In this document: piece after piece, positions 13,921 through 28,500 of the stretch
How the letters are laid out: each line of letters opens with the position of its first letter
Numbering within the stretch: the first letter of the stretch is position 1
Source: Eledone cirrhosa
Lineage: Eukaryota
Direction of reading: 5' to 3'
NCBI GenBank assembly: GCA_964016885.1
Contig: OZ024742.1
Coordinates: forward strand, 363,816,001 to 363,880,000
Length of the DNA stretch: 64,000 nucleotides
Program-made: the position numbers and the translations under genes
Notes under the pieces: model-generated
What the model was told of the DNA's origin: nothing
The model's database searches: none
What the model saw: the letters and a program-made list of their open reading frames with translations, nothing else

Positions 13921-15319
13921 TGTCAGATGGAACTATCCAAGATGCTAAGTTGGTTAGAATGTCAGATGGAACTATCCTAGCTGCTAAGTTGGTTAGAATG
14001 TCAGATGGAACTATCCTAGCTGCTAAGTTGGTTAGAATGTCAGATGGAACTATCCAAGCTGCTAAGTTGGTTAGAATGTCAGATGGAACCATCCAAGCTG
14101 CTAAGTTAGTTAGAATGTCAGATGGAACTATCCTAGCTGCTAAGTTGGTTAGAATGTCAGATGGAACTATCCAAGCTGCTAAGTTGGTTAGAATGTCAGA
14201 TGGAACTATCCAAGCTGCTAAGTTGGTTAGAATGTCAGATGGAACTATCCTAGCTGCTAAGTTGGTTAGAATGTCAGATGGAACTATCCAAGCTGCTAAG
14301 TTGGTTAGAATGTCAGATGGAACTATCCAAGCTGCTAAGTTGGTTAGAATGTCAGATGGAACTATCCTAGCTGCTAAGTTGGTTAGAATGTCAGATGGAA
14401 CTATCCTTGCTTCTGAGTTGGTTAGAATGTCAGATGGAACAATCCTAGCTGCTAAGTTGGTTAGAATGTCAGATGGAACTATCCAAGCTGCTAAGTTGGT
14501 TAGAATGTCAGATGGAACTATCCAAGCTGCTAAGTTGGTTAGAATGTTAGATGGAACTATCCTTGCTGCTAAGTTGGTTAGAATGTCAGATGGAACTATC
14601 CTTGCTGCTAAGTTGGTTAGAATGTCAGATGGAACTATCCTAGCTGCTAAGTTGGTTAGAATGTCAGATGGAACTATCCAAGCTGCTAAGTTGGTTAGAA
14701 TGTCAGATGGAACTATCCTTCCTGCTAAGTTGGTTAGAATGTCAGATGGAACTATCCAAGCTGCTAAGTTGGTTAGAATGTCAGATGGAACTGTCCTTCC
14801 TGCTAAGTTGGTTAGAATGTCAGATGGAACTATCCAAGATGCTAAGTTGGTTACAATGTCAGATGGAACTATCCAAGCTGCTAAGTTGGTTAGAATGTCA
14901 GATGGAACTATCCTAGCTGCTAAGTTGGTTAGAATGTCAGATGGAACTATCCTTCCTGCTAAGTTGGTTAGAATGTCAGATGGAACTATCCTTCTTGCTA
15001 AGTTGGTTAGAATGTCAGATGGAACTATCCTTCCTGCTAAGTTGGTTAGAATGTCACATGGAACTATCCAAGCTGCTAAGTTGGTTAGAATGTCAGATGG
15101 AACTATCCTAGCTGCTAAGTCGGTTAGAATGTCAGATGGAACTATCCTTGCTGCTAAGTTGGTTAGAATGTCAGATGGAACTATCCAAGCTGCTAAGTTG
15201 GTTAGAATGTCAGATGGAACTATCCTTCCTGCTAAGTTGGTTAGAATGTCAGATGGAACTATCCAAGCTGCTAAGTTGGTTAGAATGTCAGATGGAACTA
15301 TCCTTGGTGCTAAGTTGGT

Positions 15320-18120
15320 TAGAATGTCAGATGGAACTATCCTTCCTGCTAAGTTGGTTAGAATGTCAGATGGAACTATCCTTCCTGCTAAGTTGGTTAG
15401 AATGTCAGATGGAACTATCCTTCCTGCTAAGTTGGTTAGAATGTCAGATGGAACTATCCTTCCTGCTAAGTTGGTTAGAATGTCAGATGGAACTATCCAA
15501 GCTGCTAATTTGGTTAGAATGTCAGATGGAACTATCCTTCTTGCTAAGTTGGTTAGAATGTCACATGGAACTATCGTTCCTGCTAAGTTGGTTAGAATGT
15601 CACATGGAACTATCCTTCCTGCTAAGTTGGTTAGAATGTCAGATGGAACTATCCTTCCTGCTAAGTTGGTTAGAATGTCAGATGGAACTATCCTTCTTGC
15701 TAAGTTGGTTAGAATGTCAGATGGAACTATCCTTGCTGCTAAGTTGGTTAGAATGTCAGATGGAACTATCCTTGCTGCTAAGTTGGTTAGAATGTCAGAT
15801 GGAACTATCCTTCCTGCTAAGTTGGTTAGAATGTCAGATGGAACTATCCTTCCTGCTAAGTTGGTTAGAATGTCAGATGGAACTATCCTTGCTGCTAAGT
15901 TGGTTAGAATGTCAGATGGAACTATCCTTGCTGCTAAGTTGGTTAGAATGTCAGATGGAACTATCCAAGCTGCTAAGTTGGTTAGAATGTCAGATGGAAC
16001 TATACTTCCTGCTAAGTTGGTTAGAATGTCAGATGGAACTATCCTTCCTGCTAAGTTGGTTAGAATGTCAGATGGAACTATCCTTCCTGCTAAGTTGGTT
16101 AGAATGTCATATGGAACTATCCAAGCTGCTAAGTTGGTTAGAATGTCAGATGGAACTATCCTTGGTGCTAAGTTGGTTAGAATGTCAGATGGAACTATCC
16201 TTGCTGCTAAGTTGGTTAGAATGTCAGATGGAACTATCCTTGCTGCTAACTTGGTTAGAATGTCAGATGGAACTATCCTTGCTGCTAAGTTGCTTAGAAT
16301 GTCAGATGGAACTATCCTTGGTGCTAAGTTGGTTAGAATGTCAGATGGAACTATCCTTGCTGCTAAGTTGGTTAGAATGTCAGATGGAACTATCCTTGGT
16401 GCTAAGTTGGTTAGAATGTCAGATGGAACTATCCTTGCTGCTAAGTTGGTTAGAATGTCACATGGAACTATCCTTGCTGCTAAGTTGGTTAGAATGTCAG
16501 ATGGAACTATCCTTGCTGCTAAGTTGGTTAGAATGTCACATGGAACTATCCTTGCTGCTAAGTTGGTTAGAATGTCACATGGATCTATCCAAGCTGCTAA
16601 GTTGGTTAGAATGTCAGATGGAACTATCCTTGCTGCTAAGTGGGTTAGAATGTCACATGGAACTATCCTTGCTGCTAAGTTGGTTAGAATGTCACATGGA
16701 TCTATCCAAGCTGCTAAGTTGGTTAGAATGTCAGATGGAACTATCCTTGCTGCTAAGTGGGTTAGAATGTCACATGGAACTATCCTTGCTGCTAAGTTGG
16801 TTAGAATGTCACATGGATCTATCCAAGCTGCTAAGTTGGTTAGAATGTCAGATGGAACTATCCTTGCTGCTAAGTGGGTTAGAATGTCACATGGAACTAT
16901 CCTTGCTGCTAAGTTGGTTAGAATGTCACATGGATCTATCCAAGCTGCTAAGTTGGTTAGAATGTCAGATGGAACTATCCTTGCTGCTAAGTTGGTTAGA
17001 ATGTCAGATGGAACTATCCAAGATGCTAAGTTGGTTAGAATGTCAGATGGAACTATCCTAGCTGCTAAGTTGGTTAGAATGTCAGATGGAACTATCCTTC
17101 CTGCTAAGTTGGTTAGAATGTCAGATGGAACTATCCTTCTTGCTAAGTTGGTTAGAATGTCAGATGGAACTATCCTTCCTGCTAAGTTGGTTAGAATGTC
17201 AGATGGAACTATCCAAGCTGCTAAGTTGGTTAGAATGTCAGATGGAACTATCCTTCCTGCTAAGTTGGTTAGAATGTCAGATGGAACTATCCTTCCTGCT
17301 AAGTTGGTTAGAATGTCAGATGGAACTATCCTTCCTGCTAAGTTGGTTAGAATGTCAGATGGAACTATCCTTCCTGCTAAGTTGGTTAGAATGTCAGATG
17401 GAACTATCCAAGCTGCTAATTTGGTTAGAATGTCAGATGGAACTATCCTTCTTGCTAAGTTGGTTAGAATGTCACATGGAACTATCGTTCCTGCTAAGTT
17501 GGTTAGAATGTCACATGGAACTATCCTTCCTGCTAAGTTGGTTAGAATGTCAGATGGAACTATCCTTCCTGCTAAGTTGGTTAGAATGTCAGATGGAACT
17601 ATCCTTCCTGCTAAGTTGGTTAGAATGTCAGATGGAACTATCCTTCTTGCTAAGTTGGTTAGAATGTCAGATGGAACTATCCTTCCTGCTAAGTTGGTTA
17701 GAATGTCAGATGGAACTATCCTTCTTGCTAAGTTGGTTAGAATGTCAGATGGAACTATCCTTGCTGCTAAGTTGGTTAGAATGTCAGATGGAACTATCCT
17801 TGCTGCTAAGTTGGTTAGAATGTCAGATGGAACTATCCTTGCTGCTAAGTTGGTTAGAATGTCAGATGGAACTATCCTTCCTGCTAAGTTGGTTAGAATG
17901 TCAGATGGAACTATCCTTCCTGCTAAGTTGGTTAGAATGTCAGATGGGACTATCCTTGCTGCTAAGTTGGTTAGAATGTCAGATGGAACTATCCTTGCTG
18001 CTAAGTTGGTTAGAATGTCAGATGGAACTATCCAAGCTGCTAAGTTGGGTAGAATGTCAGATGGAACTATACTTCCTGCTAAGTTGGTTAGAATGTCAGA
18101 TGGAACTATCCTTCCTGCTA
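15320..18120. repeat. Block duplication at an offset of 49-53 monomers, with an intervening 3-mer run
   Basis: The AAT variant sits at 15507/17418 (1911 = 49 x 39) and ATACTT at 16002/18069 (2067 = 53 x 39). AAGTGGG recurs at 16641/16758/16875 (117-bp period). Confidence 0.8.
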
Positions 18121-19539
18121 AGTTGGTTAGAATGTCAGATGGAACTATCCTAGCTGCTAAGTTGGTTAGAATGTCAGATGGAACTATCCTTGCTGCTAAG
18201 TTGGTTAGAATGTCAGATGGAACTATCCTTCCTGCTAAGTTGGTTAGAATGTCAGATGGAACTATCCAAGGTGCTAAGTTGGTTAGAATGTCAGATGGAA
18301 CTATCCTTGCTGCTAAGTTGGTTAGAATGTCAGATGGAACTATCCTTGCTGCTAAGTTGTTTAGAATGTCAGATGGAACTATCCTTGCTGCTAAGTTGGT
18401 TAGAATGTCAGATGGAACTATCCTTGCTGCTAAGTTGGTTAGAATGTCAGATGGAACTATCCTTGCTGCTAAGTTGGTTAGAATGTCAGATGGAACTATC
18501 CAAGGTGCTAAGTTGGTTAGAATGTCAGATGGAACTATCCTTGCTGCTAAGTTGGTAAGAATGTCAGATGGAACTATCCTTCCTGCTAAGTTGGTTAGAA
18601 TGTCAGATGGAACTATCCTTCCTGCTAAGTTGGTTAGAATGTCAGATGGAACTATCCTTCCTGCTAAGTTGGTTAGAATGCCAGATGGAACTATCCTTCC
18701 TGCTAAGTTGGTTAGAATGTCAGATGGAACTATCCTTCCTGCTAAGTTGGTTAGAATGTCAGATGGAACTATCCTTGGTGCTAAGTTGGTTAGAATGTCA
18801 GATGGAACTATCCTTCCTGCTAAGTTGGTTAGAATGTCAGATGGAACTATCCTTGGTGCTAAGTTGGTTAGAATGTCAGATGGAACTATCCTTCCTGCTA
18901 AGTTGGTTAGAAATCAGATGGAACTATCCTTGCTGCTAAGTTGGTTAGAATGTCAGATGGAACTATCCTTGCTGCTAAGTTGGTTAGAATGTCAGATGGA
19001 ACTATCCTTCCTGCTAAGTTGGTTAGAATGTCAGATGGAACTATCCTTGCTGCTAAGTTGGTTAGAATGTCAGATGGAACTATCCTTGGTGCTAAGTTGG
19101 TTAGAATGTCAGATGGAACTATCCTTCCTGCTAAGTTGGTTAGAATGTCAGATGGAACTATCCTTGCTGCTAAGTTGGTTAGAATGTCAGATGGAACTAT
19201 CCTTGCTGCTAAGTTGGTTAGAATGTGAGATGGAACTATCCTTCCTGCTAAGTTGGTTAGAATGTCAGATGGAACTATCCTTGCTGCTAAGTTGGTTAGA
19301 ATGTCAGATGGAACTATCCTTCCTGCTAAGTTGGTTAGAATGTCAGATGGAACTATCCTTCCTGCTAAGTTGGTTAGAATGTCAGATGGAACTATCCTTC
19401 CTGCTAAGTTGGTTAGAATGTCAGATGGAACTATCCTTCCTGCTAAGTTGGTTAGAATGTCAGATGGAACTATCCTTCCTGCTAAGTTGGTTAGAATGTC
19501 AGATGGAACTATCCTTGCTGCTAAGTTGGTTAGAATGTC

Positions 19540-22500
19540 AGATGGAACTATCCTTCCTGCTAAGTTGGTTAGAATGTCAGATGGAACTATCCTTCCTGCT
19601 AAGTTGGTTAGAATGTCAGATGGAACTATCCTTGCTGCTAAGTTGGTTAGAATGTCAGATGGAACTATCCTTGCTGCTAAGTTGGTTAGAATGTCAGATG
19701 GAACTATCCTTCCTGCTAAGTTGGTTAGAATGTCAGATGGAACTATCCTTCCTGCTAAGTTGGTTAGAATGTCAGATGGAACTATCCTTCCTGCTAAGTT
19801 GGTTAGAATGTCAGATGGAACTATCCTTGCTGCTAAGTTGGTTAGAATGTCAGATGGAACTATCCTTCCTGCTAAGTTGGTTAGAATGTCAGATGGAACT
19901 ATCCTTCCTGCTAAGTTGGTTAGAATGTCAGATGGAACTATCCTTCCTGCTAAGTTGGTTAGAATGTCAGATGGAACTATCCTTCCTGCTAAGTTGGTTA
20001 GAATGTCACATGGAACTATCCAAGCTGCTAAGTTGGTTAGAATGTCAGATGGAACTATCCTTCCTGCTAAGTTGGTTAGAATGTCAGATGGAACTATCCT
20101 TGCTGCTAAGTTGGTTAGAATGTCAGATGGAACTATCCTTGCGGCTAAGTAGGTTAGAATGTCAGATGGAACTATCCTTGCTGCTAAGTTGGTTAGAATG
20201 TCAGATGGAACTATCCTTGCTGCTAAGTTGGTTAGAATGTCAGATGGAACTATCCTTCCTGCTAAGTTGGTTAGAATGTCAGATGGAACTATCCAAGCTG
20301 CTAAGTTGGTTAGAATGTCACATGGAACTATCCAAGCTGCTAAGTTGGTTAGAATGTCAGATGGAACTATCCTTCCTGCTAAGTTGGTTAGAATGTCAGA
20401 TGGAACTATCCTTGCTGCTAAGTTGGTTAGAATGTCAGATGGAACTATCCTTGCTGCTAAGTTGGTTAGAATGTCAGATGGAACTATCCAAGCTGCTAAG
20501 TTGGTTAGAATGTCAGATGGAACTATCCTTGCTGCTAAGTTGGTTAGAATGTCAGATGGAACTATCCTTCCTGCTAAGTTGGTTAGAATGTCAGATGGAA
20601 CTATCCAAGCTGCTAAGTTGGTTAGAATGTCACATGGAACTATCCAAGCTGCTAAGTTGGTTAGAATGTCAGATGGAACTATCCTTCCTGCTAAGTTGGT
20701 TAGAATGTCAGATGGAACTATCCAAGCTGCTAAGTTGGTTAGAATGTCACATGGAACTATCCAAGCTGCTAAGTTGGTTAGAATGTCAGATGGAACTATC
20801 CTTCCTGCTAAGTTGGTTAGAATGTCAGATGGAACTATCCAAGCTGCTAAGTTGGTTAGAATGTCAGATGGAACTATCCTTGCTGATAAGTTGGTTAGAA
20901 TGTCAGATGGAACTATCCTTCCTGCTAAGTTGGTTAGAATGTCAGATGGAACTATCCAAGCTGCTAAGTTGGTTAGAATGTCAGATGGAACTATCCTTCC
21001 TGCTAAGTTGGTTAGAATGTCAGATGGAACTATCCAAGCTGCTAAGTTGGTTAGAATGTCACATGGAACTATCCAAGCTGCTAAGTTGGTTAGAATGTCA
21101 GATGGAACTATCCTTCCTGCTAAGTTGGTTAGAATGTCAGATGGAACTATCCAAGCTGCTAAGTTGGTTAGAATGTCAGATGGAACTATCCTTCCTGCTA
21201 AGTTGGTTAGAATGTCAGATGGAACTATCCAAGCTGCTAAGTTGGTTAGAATGTCAGATGGAACTATCCTTCCTGCTAAGTTGGTTAGAATGTCAGATGG
21301 AACTATCCAAGCTGCTAAGTTGGTTAGAATGTCAGATGGAACTATCCTTCCTGCTAAGTTGGTTAGAATGTCAGATGGAACTATCCTTCCTGCTAAGTTG
21401 GTTAGAATGTCAGATGGAACTATCCAAGCTGCTAAGTTGGTTAGAATGTCAGATGGAACTATCCAAGCTGCTAAGTTGGTTAGAATGTCAGATGGAACTA
21501 TCCTTCCTGCTGAGTTGGTTAGAATGTCAGATGGAACTATCCTTCCTGCTAAGTTGGTTAGAATGTCAGATGGAACTATCCTTCCTGCTAAGTTGGTTAG
21601 AATGTCAGATGGAACTATCCTTCCTGCTAAGTTGGTTAGAATGTCAGATGGAACTATCCAAGCTGCTAAGTTGGTTAGAATGTCAGATGGAACTATCCAA
21701 GCTGCTAAGTTGGTTAGAATGTCAGATGGAACTATCCTTCCTGCTAAGTTGGTTAGAATGTCAGATGGAACTATCCTTCCTGCTAAGTTGGTTAGAATGT
21801 CAGATGGAACTATCCAAGCTGCTAAGTTGGTTAGAATGTCAGATGGAACTATCCAAGCTGCTAAGTTGGTTAGAATGTCAGATGGAACTATCCAAGCTGC
21901 TAAATTGGTTAGAATGTCAGATGGAACTATCCTTGCTGCTAAGTTGGTTAGAATGTCAGATGGAACTATCCTTCCTGCTAAGTTGGTTAGAATGTCAGAT
22001 GGAACTATCCTAGCTGCTAAGTTGGTTAGAATGTCAGATGGAACTATCCTTCCTGCTAAGTTGGTTAGAATGTCAGATGGAACTATCGTTGGTGCTAAGT
22101 TGGTTAGAATGTCAGATGGAACTATCCTTCCTGCTAAGTTGGTTAGAATGTCAGATGGAACTATCGTTGGTGCTAAGTTGGTTAGAATGTCAGATGGAAC
22201 TATCCTTCCTGCTAAGTTGGTTAGAATGTCAGATGGAACTATCCTTGCTGCTAAGTTGGTTAGAATGTCAGATGGAACTATCCTAGCTGCTAAGTTGGTT
22301 AGAATGTCAGATGGAACTATCCTTCCTGCTAAGTTGGTTAGAATGTCAGATGGAACTATCCTTCCTGCTAAGTTGGTTAGAATGTCAGATGGAACTATCC
22401 TAGCTGCTAAGTTGGTTAGAATGTCAGATGGAACTATCCTTCCTGCTAAGTTGGTTAGAATGTCAGATGGAACTATCCTTCCTGCTAAGTTGGTTAGAAT

Positions 22501-25500
22501 GTCAGATGGAACTATCGTTGGTGCTAAGTTGGTTAGAATGTCAGATGGAACTATCCTTCCTGCTAAGTTGGTTAGAATGTCAGATGGAACTATCCTTGCT
22601 GCTAAGTTGGTTAGAATGTCAGATGGAACTATCCTTGCTGCTAAGTTGGTTAGAATGTCAGATGGAACTATCCAAGCTGCTAAGTTGGTTAGAATGTCAG
22701 ATGGAACTATCCAAGCTGCTAAATTGGTTAGAATGTCAGATGGAACTATCCTTGCTGCTAAGTTGGTTAGAATGTCAGATGGAACTATCCTTCCTGCTAA
22801 GTTGGTTAGAATGTCAGATGGAACTATCCTAGCTGCTAAGTTGGTTAGAATGTCAGATGGAACTATCCAAGCTGCTAAATTGGTTAGAATGTCAGATGGA
22901 ACTATCCTTGCTGCTAAGTTGGTTAGAATGTCAGATGGAACTATCCAAGCTGCTAAGTTGGTTAGAATGTCAGATGGAACTATCCTTCCTGCTAAGTTGG
23001 TTAGAATGTCAGATGGAACTATCCAAGCTGCTAAGTTGGTTAGAATGTCAGATGGAACTATCCTTCCTGCTAAGTTGGTTAGAATGTCAGATGGAACTAT
23101 CCAAGCTGCTAAGTTGGTTAGAATGTCAGATGGAACTATCCAAGCTGCTAAATTGGTAAGAATGTCAGATGGAACTATCCTTGCTGCTAAGTTGGTTAGA
23201 ATGTCAGATGGAACTATCCTTCCTGCTAAGTTGGTTAGAATGTCAGATGGAACTATCCTAGCTGCTAAGTTGGTTAGAATGTCAGATGGAACTATCCTTC
23301 CTGCTAAGTTGGTTAGAATGTCAGATGGAACTATCCTTCCTGCTAAGTTGGTTAGAATGTCAGATGGAACTATCCTAGCTGCTAAGTTGGTTAGAATGTC
23401 AGATGGAACTATCCTTCCTGCTAAGTTGGTTAGAATGTCAGATGGAACTATCGTTGGTGCTAAGTTGGTTAGAATGTCAGATGGAACTATCCTAGCTGCT
23501 AAGTTGGTTAGAATGTCAGATGGAACTATCCTTCCTGCTAAGTTGGTTAGAATGTCAGATGGAACTATCCTTGCTGCTAAGTTGGTTCCAATGTCAGATG
23601 GAACTATCCTTCCTGCTAAGTTGGTTAGAATGTCAGATGGAACTATCCTTGGTGCTAAGTTGGTTCCAATGTCAGATGGAACTATCCAAGCTGCTAAGTT
23701 GGTTAGAATGTCAGATGGAACTATCCAAGCTGCTAAGTTGGTTAGAATGTCAGATGGAACTATCCTTCCTGCTAAGTTGGTTAGAATGTCAGATGGAACT
23801 ATCCAAGCTGCTAAGTTGGTTAGAATGTCAGATGGAACTATCCTTCCTGCTAAGTTGGTTAGAATGTCAGATGGAACTATCCTTGCTGCTAAGTTGGTTA
23901 GAATGTCAGATGGAACTATCCTTGGTGCTAAGTTGGTTCCAATGTCAGATGGAACTATCCTTGCTGCTAAGTTGGTTAGAATGTCAGATGGAACTATCCT
24001 TGGTGCTAAGTTGGTTCCAATGTCAGATGGAACTATCCTTCCTGCTAAGTTGGTTAGAATGTCAGATGGAACTATCCTTGCTGCTAAGTTGGTTAGAATG
24101 TCAGATGGAACTATCCTTGGTGCTAAGTTGGTTCCAATGTCAGATGGAACTATCCTTCCTGCTAAGTTGGTTAGAATGTCAGATGGAACTATCCTTGCTG
24201 CTAAGTTGGTTAGAATGTCAGATGGAACTATCCTTGGTGCTAAGTTGGTTCCAATGTCAGATGGAACTATCCTTCCTGCTAAGTTGGTTAGAATGTCAGA
24301 TGGAACTATCCTTGGTGCTAAGTTGGTTCCAATGTCAGATGGAACTATCCAAGCTGCTAAGTTGGTTAGAATGTCAGATGGAACTATCCAAGCTGCTAAG
24401 TTGGTTAGAATGTCAGATGGAACTATCCTTCCTGCTAAGTTGGTTAGAATGTCAGATGGAACTATCCAAGCTGCTAAGTTGGTTAGAATGTCAGATGGAA
24501 CTATCCTTCCTGCTAAGTTGGTTAGAATGTCAGATGGAACTATCCTTGCTGCTAAGTTGGTTAGAATGTCAGATGGAACTATCCTTGGTGCTAAGTTGGT
24601 TCCAATGTCAGATGGAACTATCCTTGCTGCTAAGTTGGTTAGAATGTCAGATGGAACTATCCTTGGTGCTAAGTTGGTTACAATGTCAGATGGAACTATC
24701 CTTGGTGCTAAGTTGGTTCCAATGTCAGATGGAACTATCCTTGCTGCTAAGTTGGTTAGAATGTCAGATGGAACTATCGTTGGTGCTAAGTTGGTTACAA
24801 TGTCAGATGGAACTATCCTTGGTGCTAAGTTGGTTCCAATGTCAGATTGAACTATCCTTGGTGCTAAGTTGGTTACAATGTCAGATGGAACTATCCTTGG
24901 TGCTAAGTTGGTTCCAATGTCAGATGGAACTATCCTTGCTGCTAAGTTGGTTAGAATGTCAGATGGAACTATCCTTGTTGCTAAGTTGGTTAGAATGTCA
25001 GATGGAACTATCCTTCCTGCTAAGTTGGTTAGAATGTCAGATGGAACTATCCTTCCTGCTAAGTTGGTTAGAATGTCAGATGGAACTATCCTTGCTGCTA
25101 AGTTGGTTAGAATGTCAGATGGAACTATCCTTGCTGCTAAGTTGGTTAGAATGTCAGATGGAACTATCCTTCCTGCTAAGTTGGTTAGAATGTCAGATGG
25201 AACTATCCTTCCTGCTAAGTTGGTTAGAATGTCAGATGGAACTATCCTTCCTGCTAAGTTGGTTAGAATGTCAGATGGAACTATCCTTGCTGCTAAGTTG
25301 GTTAGAATGTCAGATGGAACTATCCTTCCTGCTAAGTTGGTTAGAATGTCAGATGGAACTATCCTTCCTGCTAAGTTGGTTAGAATGTCAGATGGAACTA
25401 TCCTTCCTGCTAAGTTGGTTAGAATGTCAGATGGAACTATCCTTCCTGCTAAGTTGGTTAGAATGTCACATGGAACTATCCAAGCTGCTAAGTTGGTTAG

Positions 25501-28500
25501 AATGTCAGATGGAACTATCCTTGCTGCTAAGTTGGTTAGAATGTCAGATGGAACTATCCTTGCGGCTAAGTAGGTTAGAATGTCAGATGGAACTATCCTT
25601 GCTGCTAAGTTGGTTAGAATGTCAGATGGAACTATCCTTGCTGCTAAGTTGGTTAGAATGTCAGATGGAACTATCCTTCCTGCTAAGTTGGTTAGAATGT
25701 CAGATGGAACTATCCTTCCTGCTAAGTTGGTTAGAATGTCAGATGGAACTATCCAAGCTGCTAAGTTGGTTAGAATGTCACATGGAACTATCCAAGCTGC
25801 TAAGTTGGTTAGAATGTCAGATGGAACTATCCTTCCTGCTAAGTTGGTTAGAATGTCAGATGGAACTATCCTTGCTGCTAAGTTGGTTAGAATGTCAGAT
25901 GGAACTATCCTTGCTGCTAAGTTGGTTAGAATGTCAGATGGAACTATCCAAGCTGCTAAGTTGGTTAGAATGTGAGATGGAACTATCCTTGCTGCTAAGT
26001 TGGTTAGAATGTCAGATGGAACTATCCTTCCTGCTAAGTTGGTTAGAATGTCAGATGGAACTATCCAAGCTGCTAAGTTGGTTAGAATGTCACATGGAAC
26101 TATCCAAGCTGCTAAGTTGGTTAGAATGTCAGATGGAACTATCCTTCCTGCTAAGTTGGTTAGAATGTCAGATGGAACTATCCAAGCTGCTAAGTTGGTT
26201 AGAATGTCACATGGAACTATCCAAGCTGCTAAGTTGGTTAGAATGTCAGATGGAACTATCCTTCCTGCTAAGTTGGTTAGAATGTCAGATGGAACTATCC
26301 AAGCTGCTAAGTTGGTTAGAATGTCAGATGGAACTATCCTTGCTGATAAGTTGGTTAGAATGTCAGATGGAACTATCCTTCCTGCTAAGTTGGTTAGAAT
26401 GTCAGATGGAACTATCCAAGCTGCTAAGTTGGTTAGAATGTCAGATGGAACTATCCTTCCTGCTAAGTTGGTTAGAATGTCAGATGGAACTATCCAAGCT
26501 GCTAAGTTGGTTAGAATGTCACATGGAACTATCCAAGCTGCTAAGTTGGTTAGAATGTCAGATGGAACTATCCTTCCTGCTAAGTTGGTTAGAATGTCAG
26601 ATGGAACTATCCAAGCTGCTAAGTTGGTTAGAATGTCAGATGGAACTATCCTTCCTGCTAAGTTGGTTAGAATGTCAGATGGAACTATCCAAGCTGCTAA
26701 TTTGGTTAGAATGTCAGATGGAACTATCCTTCCTGCTAAGTTGGTTAGAATGTCAGATGGAACTATCCAAGCTGCTAAGTTGGTTAGAATGTCAGATGGA
26801 ACTATCCTTCCTGCTAAGTTGGTTAGAATGTCAGATGGAACTATCCAAGCTGCTAAGTTGGTTAGAATGTCAGATGGAACTATCCTTCCTGCTAAGTTGG
26901 TTAGAATGTCAGATGGAACTATCCAAGCTGCTAAGTTGGTTAGAATGTCAGATGGAACTATCCTTCCTGCTAAGTTGGTTAGAATGTCAGATGGAACTAT
27001 CCAAGCTGCTAAGTTGGTTAGAATGTCAGATGGAACTATCCTTCCTGCTAAGTTGGTTAGAATGTCAGATGGAACTATCCAAGCTGCTAAGTTGGTTAGA
27101 ATGTCAGATGGAACTATCCTTCCTGCTAAGTTGGTTAGAATGTCAGATGGAACTATCCTTCCTGCTAAGTTGGTTAGAATGTCAGATGGAACTATCCAAG
27201 CTGCTAAGTTGGTTAGAATGTCAGATGGAACTATCCAAGCTGCTAAGTTGGTTAGAATGTCAGATGGAACTATCCTTCCTGCTGAGTTGGTTAGAATGTC
27301 AGATGGAACTATCCTTCCTGCTAAGTTGGTTAGAATGTCAGATGGAACTATCCTTCCTGATAAGTTGGTTAGAATGTCAGATGGAACTATCCTTCCTGCT
27401 AAGTTGGTTAGAATGTCAGATGGAACTATCCTTCCTGCTAAGTTGGTTAGAATGTCAGATGGAACTATCCAAGCTGCTAAGTTGGTTAGAATGTCAGATG
27501 GAACTATCCTTCCTGCTAAGTTGGTTAGAATGTCAGATGGAACTATCCAAGCTGCTAAGTTGGTTAGAATGTCAGATGGAACTATCCTTCCTGCTAAGTT
27601 GGTTAGAATGTCAGATGGAACTATCCAAGCTGCTAAGTTGGTTAGAATGTCAGATGGAACTATCCTTCCTGCTAAGTTGGTTAGAATGTCAGATGGAACT
27701 ATCCAAGCTGCTAAGTTGGTTAGAATGTCAGATGGAACTATCCTTCCTGCTAAGTTGGTTAGAATGTCAGATGGAACTATCCTTCCTGCTAAGTTGGTTA
27801 GAATGTCAGATGGAACTATCCTTCCTGCTAAGTTGGTTAGAATGTCAGATGGAACTATCCAAGCTGCTAAGTTGGTTAGAATGTCAGATGGAACTATCCA
27901 AGCTGCTAAGTTGGTTAGAATGTCAGATGGAACTATCCTTCCTGCTAAGTTGGTTAGAATGTCAGATGGAACTATCCTTCCTGCTAAGTTGGTTAGAATG
28001 TCAGATGGAACTATCCTTCCTGCTAAGTTGGTTAGAATGTCAGATGGAACTATCCAAGCTGCTAAGTTGGTTAGAATGTCAGATGGAACTATCCAAGCTG
28101 CTAAGTTGGTTAGAATGTCAGATGGAACTATCCTTCCTGCTGAGTTGGTTAGAATGTCAGATGGAACTATCCTTCCTGCTAAGTTGGTTAGAATGTCAGA
28201 TGGAACTATCCTTCCTGCTAAGTTGGTTAGAATGTCAGATGGAACTATCCTTCCTGCTAAGTTGGTTAGAATGTCAGATGGAACTATCCAAGCTGCTAAG
28301 TTGGTTAGAATGTCAGATGGAACTATCCAAGCTGCTAAGTTGGTTAGAATGTCAGATGGAACTATCCAAGCTGCTAAGTTGGTTAGAATGTCAGATGGAA
28401 CTATCCAAGCTGCTAAGTTGGTTAGAATGTCAGATGGAACTATCCAAGCTGCTAAATTGGTTAGAATGTCAGATGGAACTATCCTTGCTGCTAAGTTGGT

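Noticed and set aside
13608-22013. 2801-aa two-domain ORF, and similar chimeric ORFs at 35905 and 33581, as programmed frameshift products
   Set aside because: The peptide switch is simply a 1-bp indel (for example about 18912) joining two open registers of the same repeat. There is no slippery site or other signal.
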